A stretch of DNA of 64,000 nt from Epithemia pelagica. Taxonomy: Eukaryota; Protista; Bacillariophyta. Of the stretch, positions 1 to 9,672 are shown piece after piece. The position numbers were made by a program, and so were the translations under genes. Within the stretch, counting starts at the first letter, position 1. Each line of letters begins with the position of its first letter. The notes beneath the pieces were generated by a model. That model was not told the origin of the DNA. It made no database searches and was given only the letters and a program-made list of their open reading frames with translations. The DNA lies in contig OX337234.1 of assembly GCA_946965045.2 (NCBI GenBank), positions 496,001 to 560,000 of the forward strand, given 5' to 3'.

Positions 1-352
1 TTGTTGTTGTTGTTTCGTTCCGTTGTCGATTGTATTCGCTCGTTGTTCTCTCTCTGTTCGGGTGAGCCATGCCGAACTCGTCGCTTTTGGCTTTTTTTTT
101 TTCCGCAAAAGACACGCTCGTTTGTCTAAACGTGCAAGAACTTCCATGACGTGTGTCATCTTTCACTCTCGAGCGGTTGATAGTTCACATTCAATAATTT
201 TCCTTCAAACGAATTCTTTTTCCGACCGATGAGAAACCATTCCGCGAGCCGACCATCTGCCGATGCCCCGAAGAAGGAGCGCAATGTTTTCTGTCGCGGA
301 ACTACATCAGCTGCGCGACCAATCCTCTGTGGTGCTTCAGTCGCAGGAAGAT

Positions 353-1734
353 TCCCTCGGTATCAGTGTCCACTGCTTAGCTGTTTTTTGTCTGTGCCAC
401 CTTCACAGGTTCCCAAGTGGACACAGACAGCATTTTTCGCTTTTGATGCAAATAGAAATTATCCAATTGCAAATTGGCACGCATGCCCAGCTGATTTTTT
501 CGACGTTTGAAACGGACGCAAGCCCAACAAGCGTCCCCTGGGTGGATGACGGTTGGTTGTTGCATAATTCGGGGCAAGCTCACATTCTCTTTTCTTTTGC
601 CAAAGCACATCGTACTTACTACTTACGAATGTTACTGGCTTTCCAGGTGAGTTTGATCCATTGCCAATTGCCATGTTGTCAATGACATCACTCATGCTCA
701 CTGCCACTTGCCACTTTTGTTTGCTCTGCTCGTGGGAGACGCTACTCATCTGTTTAGTCGCTGGGCAGCTCATTACTTGCCATTGTTCATTCTTGTCGAA
801 CAGAAACGACTGGTTTTTGCTGAGCGCCATAACTATGATTGCATTAAAAAAAACTCTATACTCTAGACATTCTTTTGTTTATTTACCAGTAGTAGAACGC
901 CAGTGCTTGTCATCCATGAGACTTTTGAGCCTTGTGAATTCGTGAATTCGTTGCAGCTTTGTTCTTTGTTGTGAGCACGACGATGACCCTCAGTTTCGCT
1001 ATGAAAACACAACAGAACAGCTCTCACAAGCTTGTACCGCTCACTTTGAGCACTTTGTGTTGACTACCTAGGTAGGATATGATAATTGGTCAGTAGGGTG
1101 TGGCAAGATGGCTTCCCATCTATTTGATTCAAAAACAACAGCGTTGAGAAATGATTGAGAATGACGCTATGATGAGAGACGAGAGAGAATAATCTATCCT
1201 ATAGAGCATATGACAGTAGCCAAAAAACAATCAAACAACAAACGATTACGACAAGGGAAAGATATTCCAGTTGACATCTGGCGGCTTGTCATCTACTCGT
1301 ACAAAATGAGACAAAAGTAAAGGATCATGCAAGAACAATAGGAAAGACAGCTGAAGCAGTGATGCGTGAGAAAAAGGGAAAAGAGACAACAAGATAAGTA
1401 ATAAGCAGCAATAGAGAGAAACGGTTCAGTCCAGAATGATCCATCCATTGTTCTCACCTCACCCCCGTCATGGTCAAGCATTTGGCTCGGTTTTGGGTTT
1501 TTGTGACAGGTGTCGAGATGATGATGGATGCCCAAATTTGAATCGTGGTGACCCGGCGAGGACAACCACCAACCGTCAACTGTCACTTGCACGCTGGCAT
1601 TGCTTCAACCCTGAGGAATTTTAATGGTTAGACAGACAGACGAAAAACGAAAAATGCTGTCTGTGTCCACTTGGGAACCTGCAAAGGTGGCACAGACAAA
1701 AAACAGCTAAGCAGTGGACACTGATACCGAGGGA
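353..1734. repeat. 87-bp inverted repeat pair (353-439 and 1648-1734) enclosing ~1.2 kb of non-coding DNA; possible non-autonomous TIR element
   Basis: TCCCTCGGTATCAGTGTCC...CAGCATTTTTCG at 353-439 is the reverse complement of 1648-1734 with 2 mismatches; no target-site duplication recognised. Confidence 0.8.
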
Positions 1735-2094
1735 TATCAAAATAAGAGTTCCAAATGGCAAAATCTACCAGAATAAAGGATTCAAAATGATATGACGTCA
1801 ATAATGAGTATCATACAAAGAGAGGAAGATATGGGAGTAGTGTATTTTACTACTCGACTTTATCGGAGTAGTGTATTTACTACTCGATTACGAATGGCGT
1901 TAACCATTAACGGTTAGTCCCGATTCTGGGCTTACCTCGACGACGGATGACAAATGACTTTCTTTGACGACTGTCATTTCGCAAGGTACCAGTAACCTCT
2001 GCAAAAGAATAGCAATCTACCTAGTCAGCAATTGACTAAATAATGTCATATTGCGTCACTGACGACACTTGACCGTAGGACCCTTCTTACTTCA

Positions 2095-2536
2095 GGCTGA
2101 CCCTTAAGCCTCTACGAAACGAAAGTTGAGAGCTGACATTTCGTTTTGGCGGGATTTTGCTTCCTTACGCGTCTGCGAAACGAAAACTAGAACCGCGCCT
2201 TGTCCCCCATTCATCCCCCATTTCCCCCCCATTTTCACTTGAATAAATTGAATACTTAAATAATTCTCATAGAATTGTGACGTACACAGGACGCACCGAC
2301 CGTTGGAGCTGAACGCCAGTCCATCAATACTCTTGAGCGTTATGAACAACTTCACATTCATACATTGTCTAAACGATTTGCACATCTGAAACGCCTTCTA
2401 CTTTCGTTGGCCTACGAAAGTTGGCGCTAACTTTCGTAGCCCCGAAAGCTGAAGAGCAAGAGTACCCGGATATAAGAGGTAAAATGATGACGTGTCAGCT
2501 TTCAACTTTCGTTTCGTAGAGGCTTAAGGGTCAGCC
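2095..2536. mobile_element. PIF/Harbinger-like MITE, 442 bp
   Basis: 43-bp TIRs GGCTGACCCTTAAGCCTCTACGAAACGAAAGTTGA(G/A)AGCTGAC with 1 mismatch; 3-bp TSD TCA at 2092-2094 and 2537-2539; no coding capacity. Confidence 0.85.
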
Positions 2537-2639
2537 TCATACAATACAAAATACTACGGCCGGATGTTTGATGTTCGAGAACTAAGAACTACAGTACTAC
2601 TGACCCCTTCGAGATTCTTGATATTTACTATGATTCGGT

Positions 2640-3010
2640 ACTCGGTCATCCGCTCCTAAGTACAAAAGAACGTTCTGTCCAAAAAGTTTGCCTGGTAACC
2701 AGGCTTGTGAAGTACCAAGTACCCATTTTTCGCCAAAACGGTACTTTTTCAGTACTTTTGCCTTTGCCTTTGTCCAAGTCCCTTCGATCAATACCAATTC
2801 CTTTACTTTTCGCAAGGCCTTCTTCATCAAGTACCGTCTCTTTTTTTTTCCACCTTAAGTACCCTTAATGAAGTACCACTTCCCTCACCCTCATCCTTTA
2901 AGTACCCTTATCAAGTACCATTACTCCTCACCGGCACCTTAAGTACCCCTATCAAGTACCTTAGCTCCTCTCTTCGTACTTAAAGCTCTATCGGTAAGTA
3001 CTATTATTTG
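2640..3010. repeat. Cluster of AAGTAC(C) motifs; probable left subterminal region of the hAT element
   Basis: Many AAGTACC/AGTAC copies upstream of the transposase; matching cluster at 9120-9490. Confidence 0.55.
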
Positions 3011-3142
3011 TATATATCTACTTCTAAGTCCATAAGTACATCACAGTATGGAGCAAGTAGCCTCTCCACTCTCTCATTCATCTCCAAAACTCGCTTGCAC
3101 CTATATCTTTCAATCCATGTCTCATGCCAACATGGATGAATG

Positions 3143-3325
3143 TTGTTGCCTCTCGGTCCCTTGTAACTTGTTGTCCTCTCATAATCTACAACAACAGGAA
3201 CAAGTCTCTCTTGTCCATCAGTGCTTCCTTCAATTGTTGCCTCTCGGTCCCTTGTAACTTGTTGTCCTCTCATAATCTACAACAACAGCAACAAGTCTCT
3301 CTTGTCCATCAGTGCTTCCTTCAAT
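3143..3325 (+). repeat. Tandem duplication of a 91-bp unit just upstream of the transposase ATG
   Basis: TTGTTGCCTCTCGGTCCC...CTTCCTTCAAT at 3143 and 3234, near-identical. Confidence 0.9.
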
Positions 3326-3337
3326 CATTATATCATC

Positions 3338-6300
3338 ATGCCCATCCGTCAAAAGAAAAAGAAAGCTGACCGTGATGCTGAGAGAAAGAAATCGGAGAAA
3401 GTAATTGCTGCACAACAGAAGTCTCTCCGGTCGTTCATCCTACAAGAAAAGGAGATTGTTCCCAAATGTCAAGAGCTACCTTCCGACCACTTTGGACATC
3501 ACAATGTGTCGCCCCTTTGGAAATTTGCTGTCCACATTGACTGGGTACAGTTCTCGGCCTTTGTGAGTTCTCACGATCCACAGAATTTGACCATGTATAA
3601 AGGTTTCCAACGCATCAACGAAGCTTTCAAGGCTGCCCAAAAAGAACAAGCCTCAGCAGCAAAGAAGTTTCCTAACAAGGCCGACTACAAAACTCCGTTT
3701 TCCTTCATTGCCAAGCGATGTGTTCTATGCCCGTTGTGTATGAAGGACCCAGAGACTCCATTGTCTAATGCAGTTGTCATGCTGACCGGCAAGCCCTCCA
3801 ATATAAAACAGCATACTGACGGAAAGCACAAAGACTTCGTCATCCCAGGAACAAAGGACGATCCGAACGCACCAGAACAACCTAGTCCGACGCAAACGAC
3901 AATGACGATGTATCGTGGCGATGGATCTGGAATGATCACGAAGAGAAACATTCGACAACAAATGCAGCAACACATATACCAGTGCGTCAACGACTGTTGC
4001 CTACCCGCTTCTATTGTGGAGAAGCCAGAGTTCCGCAAGATGATCGACTTTGCTATCAAAAATGCAAATCTTCTTCGTGAATCCAGGCCTGAGGTGATCA
4101 GTCGTCGCGAAGTAACATCCATGCGTGTTGCTTCGTATCAAGATTTCATCAGAACAGTGTCCAAGCTTTCCTACCGTGTCCGGCAACACTACAAAAAGGT
4201 TTGCCGACAGGAAATCCCTTTCGCCACTGTATGCCATGATGTGTGGCAGGCTAAGAAGTACGATGTACTTGGGGTCACTGTCATGTTCTGTGATCCTCGC
4301 AATTGTGCCGTGTATCGCATCCCAATTGGTTTGGCACAGACTAAAGGTCACACTGCTGTACAAGTTGCGCGACTGACTCACTCTTTACTACAGACAGTGG
4401 GCTTTCACAAAAGTGATCTCTGCTCGTCCGTCAACGACAACACGGCTTCGGCTGTGCTTGCAGGGAAATATATAACGGGTTCGTCCAATGTGGGCAAATG
4501 CGACATGCATAAGGCCGAATTGGTCTTGAAACACGCCACAGGGTTGGTTGTCCGGACGAGAGATAAGAGAGTGGTGGACGACAACAAGGCTTTTGTGGAG
4601 CTGTACTCAGTTTTCAAAAAATTTGCAGCGTGGTTGATGTCCAAGAAGGCAAACCACCGGTTTGATACTGTTCGCACAGAAATGGAACGTATGAACCAAA
4701 GCGTAGTCCAGATTCCGCTACCTAATGAAACACGTGTTTCTGGATGTGTGCTTACCATCCAGTATTTGTTGAGGAACAAATGGTGCTTTGACGACTACGC
4801 CTCACGTCACTTTGGTACCGACCCTGACTTCAAAGAGAGTTATCCACAGCAGGAACAATGGGAAACACTGGCCCAATACGAGGCAATCTTGGTCGTACTA
4901 CAGGAGGTTTCCATCTCCATTCAGTCCGACGAACCAGGATCCTCTTCCGCTGCCCTAATGCAAATTTATCTCGCTCGGTCTTATGCTCATCGAATGAAGA
5001 ATACAGTCAATTCCATTGGTTGTCTTCCAGTGAAACTTACAACACCAGTCAACAAACGATGGAATGGAGACATAACCATTTCCCAATTAGATTGCCAACG
5101 GGATCCCATGTCTTTTGGGGAGTTGAAAGCAGGTCCACGGACTCTTATTCGACGTATCATTGCTGAGTTCAAGACCTTGTTGGCGGAACGGCGTAGAGTC
5201 CGCGACGATGGTGGTTCCATCAATGATGACTCCGAAAAGGCTCTTATGGCCCATCCATTGATGACGAACATCTTTGTTAAGTTCTTCCAATCATTGGGAG
5301 TGTATGATCAGAACGATGGCGCCCGTGTGAAGGAACTTTTTCTCAGGGACATGATCAAAAAATTCTCGAACAAGTCGTACTCCAGAATTGGTTCGTTGAT
5401 GGCAACACAACAACAGAGCAGCACTCCTACAACCCAAAGCAATACGACGCAAGAGACCAACTCTCTTCCAACTGCAAATGTACCGTTCAAAAAGTTCAAT
5501 GCTTTCCGCAACTTTCGAGAATCTCAGGAACTGAACGAGAGAGCATTATTGAACATTACTGGTAAGGCGTCTGCTGCTGAGGAAGAAGCACGTGTGGCCA
5601 AGGTCTTGAGACAAACATGCGAAGATAGTCTCCGAGATTTCCGTCGTGCATGTAAAAGAGAAATCGATGGTCGATGGCAAGAGGCGATCACTAAATACCC
5701 CACTGAGGCATACACTACCGAGTCCAAGAAATGGAAAGGGCCGGAAAAAGCCCAGTTCATTGCGGCATGCCAAGATACAGATTTCCTTGTTGTGGGAAAG
5801 TATTTCGATGTCATGGGATGGTGGGAGAAAAACAAGGACAACTACCAACATGTCTTCCCAACAGCTGTCATATGGCTCACGAAGCCCGCCACAAACGCCT
5901 TCCAAGAGCGTGTGTTTTCCCTTGGTTCGTGGTTTCAACAAAACAAGTTGCAGACCAAAACTACCGCCAAGAACTTCGAGATGAGGGCGATGGAGAAGCT
6001 GACACGAAAAATCCGATTGGATATTGTTCAAAGGGAGATTGCCTTAGAAAATCAAAAGAAGGAACAAGATGTGATTGTCATTGAGGACGACGAAGACAAC
6101 GATAACAATGGCAATACTACTAATGAAACGATCGGAAACGACTCGCGAGAGGGGGGAGACAACCAAGCAACAACAAGGCAAGATGCCACCGGTACAAACA
6201 CAACAGCGAATGAAGCACCTTCGGTAGCGGACGAACACAATCCAGATGCAACAAGTTTGCCGTCGACAGAAGTTGGGGCAGAAACACACTCGGGTCCTGG

Positions 6301-7192
6301 CAAGAAGCGGGCTCCACAGTTGTTCGAGAACACAGAGCAGGCAGAATATCTGAGAAACATGTTGTTGAAGGAAGCGACTAAAGAATTGGAAGATTTCAAC
6401 GCAAAGAAAAATCCGCCGACCGATATTCTCGCAAGTAGCACACCGGAACCTGTGTACGAGTACTATCCAGACTTGGGAGACGACAACAACGACGACACAG
6501 TACCGATGCCAGCAGACGACATACAGCCAGTATCATTGGACTTGTCTGATGTCAGTGATGACAATGAGGAAAGTGATGTCGAAGAAGACATTGACACAGA
6601 TGAAGCCATCACAGTTCATCTACAGGAAGAAATGGACCGTCTTGAATCACTAGAAAGATCAAGGAAACAAGCAGTCGAGGAACGAAAGAGAAAAGCGATG
6701 AGCCAAAAAAAGGACGATACGGCAGGACCTGAATCCGGGTCAAAGAAGAAGAGGAAGGCCAACCAAACACCAACAACTTCGAGTCAGAAGAAGGCCAAGC
6801 AGTCCAAAATTAGAACAACATCCAGTTCCAAGTCAACGACAAAGAAGACAAATCCACCACCAGCGAGAAAAAGGTCATCAGGAAGCGAAGAATTGAGGCG
6901 GTCTCCTAGACAGAAGAAGAAGAAAGAGAACAAACAACGATTGACTCAATCAGGTCGGAGCGATGAACAATCGGACAATATGGAAAAAGAGAGCAACTTC
7001 TCTCGTAGATTGCTTGATGCCTTGTCAGATAACGATAAAGATGAAAATTCAGAGCATGAGGAGAATGAGGATGAAGAGGAAGAAGAGGAGTTCCAGGATG
7101 CCAATGAGGAGGAAGAAGAAGAGGAGGTGGGAGACGACGACTCCAATGAGGACGATGAGGAGACCAATGAAGACGACGAGGAAAACCATTGA
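3338..7192 (+). CDS. hAT-superfamily transposase with long acidic/basic low-complexity C-terminal tail
   Basis: Uninterrupted ORF (first ATG 3338, MPIRQKK). BED-like finger (CxxC...HxxxxH), CHDVW first catalytic Asp, CDMH (CxxH), ETRVSG, and hAT C-terminal motif DVMGWW...YQHVFPTAVIWLTKPATNAFQERVFS. Confidence 0.85.
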   Translation: MPIRQKKKKADRDAERKKSEKVIAAQQKSLRSFILQEKEIVPKCQELPSDHFGHHNVSPLWKFAVHIDWVQFSAFVSSHDPQNLTMYKGFQRINEAFKAAQKEQASAAKKFPNKADYKTPFSFIAKRCVLCPLCMKDPETPLSNAVVMLTGKPSNIKQHTDGKHKDFVIPGTKDDPNAPEQPSPTQTTMTMYRGDGSGMITKRNIRQQMQQHIYQCVNDCCLPASIVEKPEFRKMIDFAIKNANLLRESRPEVISRREVTSMRVASYQDFIRTVSKLSYRVRQHYKKVCRQEIPFATVCHDVWQAKKYDVLGVTVMFCDPRNCAVYRIPIGLAQTKGHTAVQVARLTHSLLQTVGFHKSDLCSSVNDNTASAVLAGKYITGSSNVGKCDMHKAELVLKHATGLVVRTRDKRVVDDNKAFVELYSVFKKFAAWLMSKKANHRFDTVRTEMERMNQSVVQIPLPNETRVSGCVLTIQYLLRNKWCFDDYASRHFGTDPDFKESYPQQEQWETLAQYEAILVVLQEVSISIQSDEPGSSSAALMQIYLARSYAHRMKNTVNSIGCLPVKLTTPVNKRWNGDITISQLDCQRDPMSFGELKAGPRTLIRRIIAEFKTLLAERRRVRDDGGSINDDSEKALMAHPLMTNIFVKFFQSLGVYDQNDGARVKELFLRDMIKKFSNKSYSRIGSLMATQQQSSTPTTQSNTTQETNSLPTANVPFKKFNAFRNFRESQELNERALLNITGKASAAEEEARVAKVLRQTCEDSLRDFRRACKREIDGRWQEAITKYPTEAYTTESKKWKGPEKAQFIAACQDTDFLVVGKYFDVMGWWEKNKDNYQHVFPTAVIWLTKPATNAFQERVFSLGSWFQQNKLQTKTTAKNFEMRAMEKLTRKIRLDIVQREIALENQKKEQDVIVIEDDEDNDNNGNTTNETIGNDSREGGDNQATTRQDATGTNTTANEAPSVADEHNPDATSLPSTEVGAETHSGPGKKRAPQLFENTEQAEYLRNMLLKEATKELEDFNAKKNPPTDILASSTPEPVYEYYPDLGDDNNDDTVPMPADDIQPVSLDLSDVSDDNEESDVEEDIDTDEAITVHLQEEMDRLESLERSRKQAVEERKRKAMSQKKDDTAGPESGSKKKRKANQTPTTSSQKKAKQSKIRTTSSSKSTTKKTNPPPARKRSSGSEELRRSPRQKKKKENKQRLTQSGRSDEQSDNMEKESNFSRRLLDALSDNDKDENSEHEENEDEEEEEEFQDANEEEEEEEVGDDDSNEDDEETNEDDEENH

Positions 7193-7238
7193 CACCAGTG
7201 AAGAACTAAAGTAGTATTTTAATGAACATTCAACCAAC

Positions 7239-9044
7239 TTAGTATTTACCGTAAGCTTTCAGAATAAGGCGAATCATAGATTGTAGCATGTCAGAGCCGT
7301 TCTCGTCCAATAATGCTAGCAATTGCGGACGTTTTTCCGGATTTTGTATCAGCTGACCAATTCCACCAAACAGGGGATTGATTATTCCCCATTTTGATGG
7401 AGGCAGCCATTGTTCTATGCACTTCGAACAGAGTAGACCGTCGTTTGAAAGTGGCGGTGTCCATTTCAGTGCCTCGCACCAACGCATAACATGGACGTCA
7501 GATGGGATGCCATCTATTCGGTCAAATGCAGTGGATACAACAATTTGTGCTGTCTTGTATCCAATTCCAAACAAGGAGGTCAACTCTCGTATGGATATGT
7601 CCTTGGGGATCCTGCCGTTATATCTGGTGACAAAGTACGATGCCGAATGGACAATCCTTTCGGCATTTTGATGGAAACGGCCAACTGGAGAAATTAGTGC
7701 ACAAAAGGAGTCAATTCCAATGCGATCTACCACTTCGAGAACACCATCAGCGGAGGTAACACCGGCAGAGAATATTTTGGGAATGAATGCCGCTAATTGA
7801 CTGTCTGTTGTACTCGAGCTCATAAGAATGATTATGAGACACATGAAGGCCTTGTCCGCTAGTTTGTCATCACCTGCCACCATGTCCATCCATTCTTCCC
7901 AGGCATCACGAGGAGAATGGAGTCCAGAACTTTTAAGCACGTTGTGGAAGGCTTGTAGTTCGTCAAGGAAAGCTTCTCGATCTGCGATAGTTGTTGCGGA
8001 TGGCCGGAGTGGTAAATTCGGGCATGTAATGCGACTTGGGGATATTTTGAATGGGTCGCCATGCATGAACCGACGTGGTCCTTTCCCATCATTGTATTGT
8101 ACTTTGTTGCGAGATTTTGACCCAAGAACGATTTCTCTCGAAAGTAAAGAATTCTGTTTCCGAGTTTGGTACTTGTGGCGGGATGGACTGAGCTTTTTAG
8201 GAGAAGATGTTTTCGTATTCTGCACAGAGTTCGTGGATTGAGATAATGAGGATGTGGTGGAATCGTCAGAGGCTTTTTTGGATACATCTTGGATGGACAC
8301 GGGTGGTGTGCTTAGGGGGTCTGGTGGAGTCGGTAATTGAGTTATCTTTTCCGATATATAATTCAGTAGAATTTCCATTACCGTTTCAATTGAGTTGGGA
8401 ACAGTGGAGACACCTGTTAGGGTATCAGTGACAACGAATTGGGCTTGATTGCGCTGTATCCATGCAAGAACAATACTCAGCAAAGAGTCGTCGGGATATT
8501 CCTTGATTTCGTCAATGACAAAGGAGGTGCACAGGGAACAACCCATACATGGGGAGATTGAGAACTTCGGTGTGCATTTTACTTCAAGATAAAGATCGGT
8601 TGTTTCGTCATGTGATGTGATGGAAATAAGGTTGTGTTCGTCTGTTCCATTTAGCCATTGGAGAATAAGGGAGCTAACTTGAAAAAGGAGTTGTTCGAAA
8701 GAAAATCTGGGTATAATACAATGGTGACTTGCTTGACATTCCGAGAGAGTCTGAAGTTTTATCGAATGCTGATTACGGTTCAGCCAGGAGGCAGAGGCAG
8801 TAACAACCGCATGTAATTGTTCCTCGTGCGGAGCCAGAATGCATGAAGTAATACTGTCCGCAATGAAAAGAGAATATGAGTCACAGCATGACAGAGACCA
8901 CTCGATGTGACAAGTTGATGTGAATTGCAGAAGAGAATTGTCATCTATGAGAGAATCCATCGACATGGTGAATGGGGATGTCTCATTACTTGGATTGGAA
9001 AATGGGATTGGAATTGGGCAAGGAACACAGGATGCACTATGCAC
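7239..9044 (-). CDS. 601-aa protein with C-terminal endonuclease III (Nth)-like HhH-GPD DNA glycosylase/AP-lyase domain, no 4Fe-4S motif
   Basis: AFMCLIIILMSSSTTD, VGRFHQNAERI...YNGRIPKD, LFGIGYKTAQIVVSTAF (HhH with Lys), IPSDVHVMR (catalytic Asp) align by eye to E. coli Nth motifs; N-terminal ~390 aa not recognised. Confidence 0.8.
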   Translation of the reverse strand: MHSASCVPCPIPIPFSNPSNETSPFTMSMDSLIDDNSLLQFTSTCHIEWSLSCCDSYSLFIADSITSCILAPHEEQLHAVVTASASWLNRNQHSIKLQTLSECQASHHCIIPRFSFEQLLFQVSSLILQWLNGTDEHNLISITSHDETTDLYLEVKCTPKFSISPCMGCSLCTSFVIDEIKEYPDDSLLSIVLAWIQRNQAQFVVTDTLTGVSTVPNSIETVMEILLNYISEKITQLPTPPDPLSTPPVSIQDVSKKASDDSTTSSLSQSTNSVQNTKTSSPKKLSPSRHKYQTRKQNSLLSREIVLGSKSRNKVQYNDGKGPRRFMHGDPFKISPSRITCPNLPLRPSATTIADREAFLDELQAFHNVLKSSGLHSPRDAWEEWMDMVAGDDKLADKAFMCLIIILMSSSTTDSQLAAFIPKIFSAGVTSADGVLEVVDRIGIDSFCALISPVGRFHQNAERIVHSASYFVTRYNGRIPKDISIRELTSLFGIGYKTAQIVVSTAFDRIDGIPSDVHVMRWCEALKWTPPLSNDGLLCSKCIEQWLPPSKWGIINPLFGGIGQLIQNPEKRPQLLALLDENGSDMLQSMIRLILKAYGKY

Positions 9045-9119
9045 TGCACTGAACGCTGCACAATTACCTTGGAGCTTGGAGAGCAGTAGTATGTAACAGA
9101 CTGTAACAGGTAAGTGATA

Positions 9120-9490
9120 AATTGATGCGTGAAGTAGGTACTTTGATTACTTGAAAGTACGTACTTAATGTTTTAAATTAAGTACTTTGGGTTAGACAGC
9201 AAGGTACTTACTTGGAGTAAGTAAGGCGAGGGAAACTCTCATGATGTGGTACTTGTTGATATTAAAGTACCAGCACAGTATCGGCAACAGATACTTTTGC
9301 TAAGTAAAGTAAGTCTGGTTAGATTGTTGTACTTACTTATCTAAAGTTAAGTACGTTAATTAATCAGCACAGACAACTAATCTTGTAAGTATCACAAGAA
9401 AAGTACATGCTTTCATTAGACGTACTTAAAGTACTAAGAGTAAAGTAACAGCTACTAGTTTTAGTGTACTTAAGGACTAGTAGTCAAGTA
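9120..9490. repeat. Cluster of AAGTAC/GTACTT motifs; probable right subterminal region of the hAT element
   Basis: AT-rich stretch dense in AAGTA(C)/GTACTT, like 2640-3010. Confidence 0.5.
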
Positions 9491-9672
9491 CAAGGTGTGA
9501 GTGTGCGTACTTCACAACCCTGCTGGTAACTGGTAACAGTAATTGAAAGTTACACACGTGCGCTCTTATCCCGCGGCCCCCCACGCAAATTTTAGCGCCA
9601 CGGGAACGCCGCTGTAAGAAGCAGCACGCTGCGCTATAACAACGAAGAAGCAGCACGCTCCAGCCAACCAAG

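Noticed and set aside
3221-3337. N-terminal extension of the transposase in the ORF track
   Set aside because: Starts at a non-ATG codon within the 91-bp tandem duplication; ATG 3338 is the more plausible start
2581-9490. Candidate TIRs for the first hAT element (TACTACTGACCCCTT near 2595 versus AAGGACTAGTAG near 9471)
   Set aside because: Match too weak and no 8-bp TSD found
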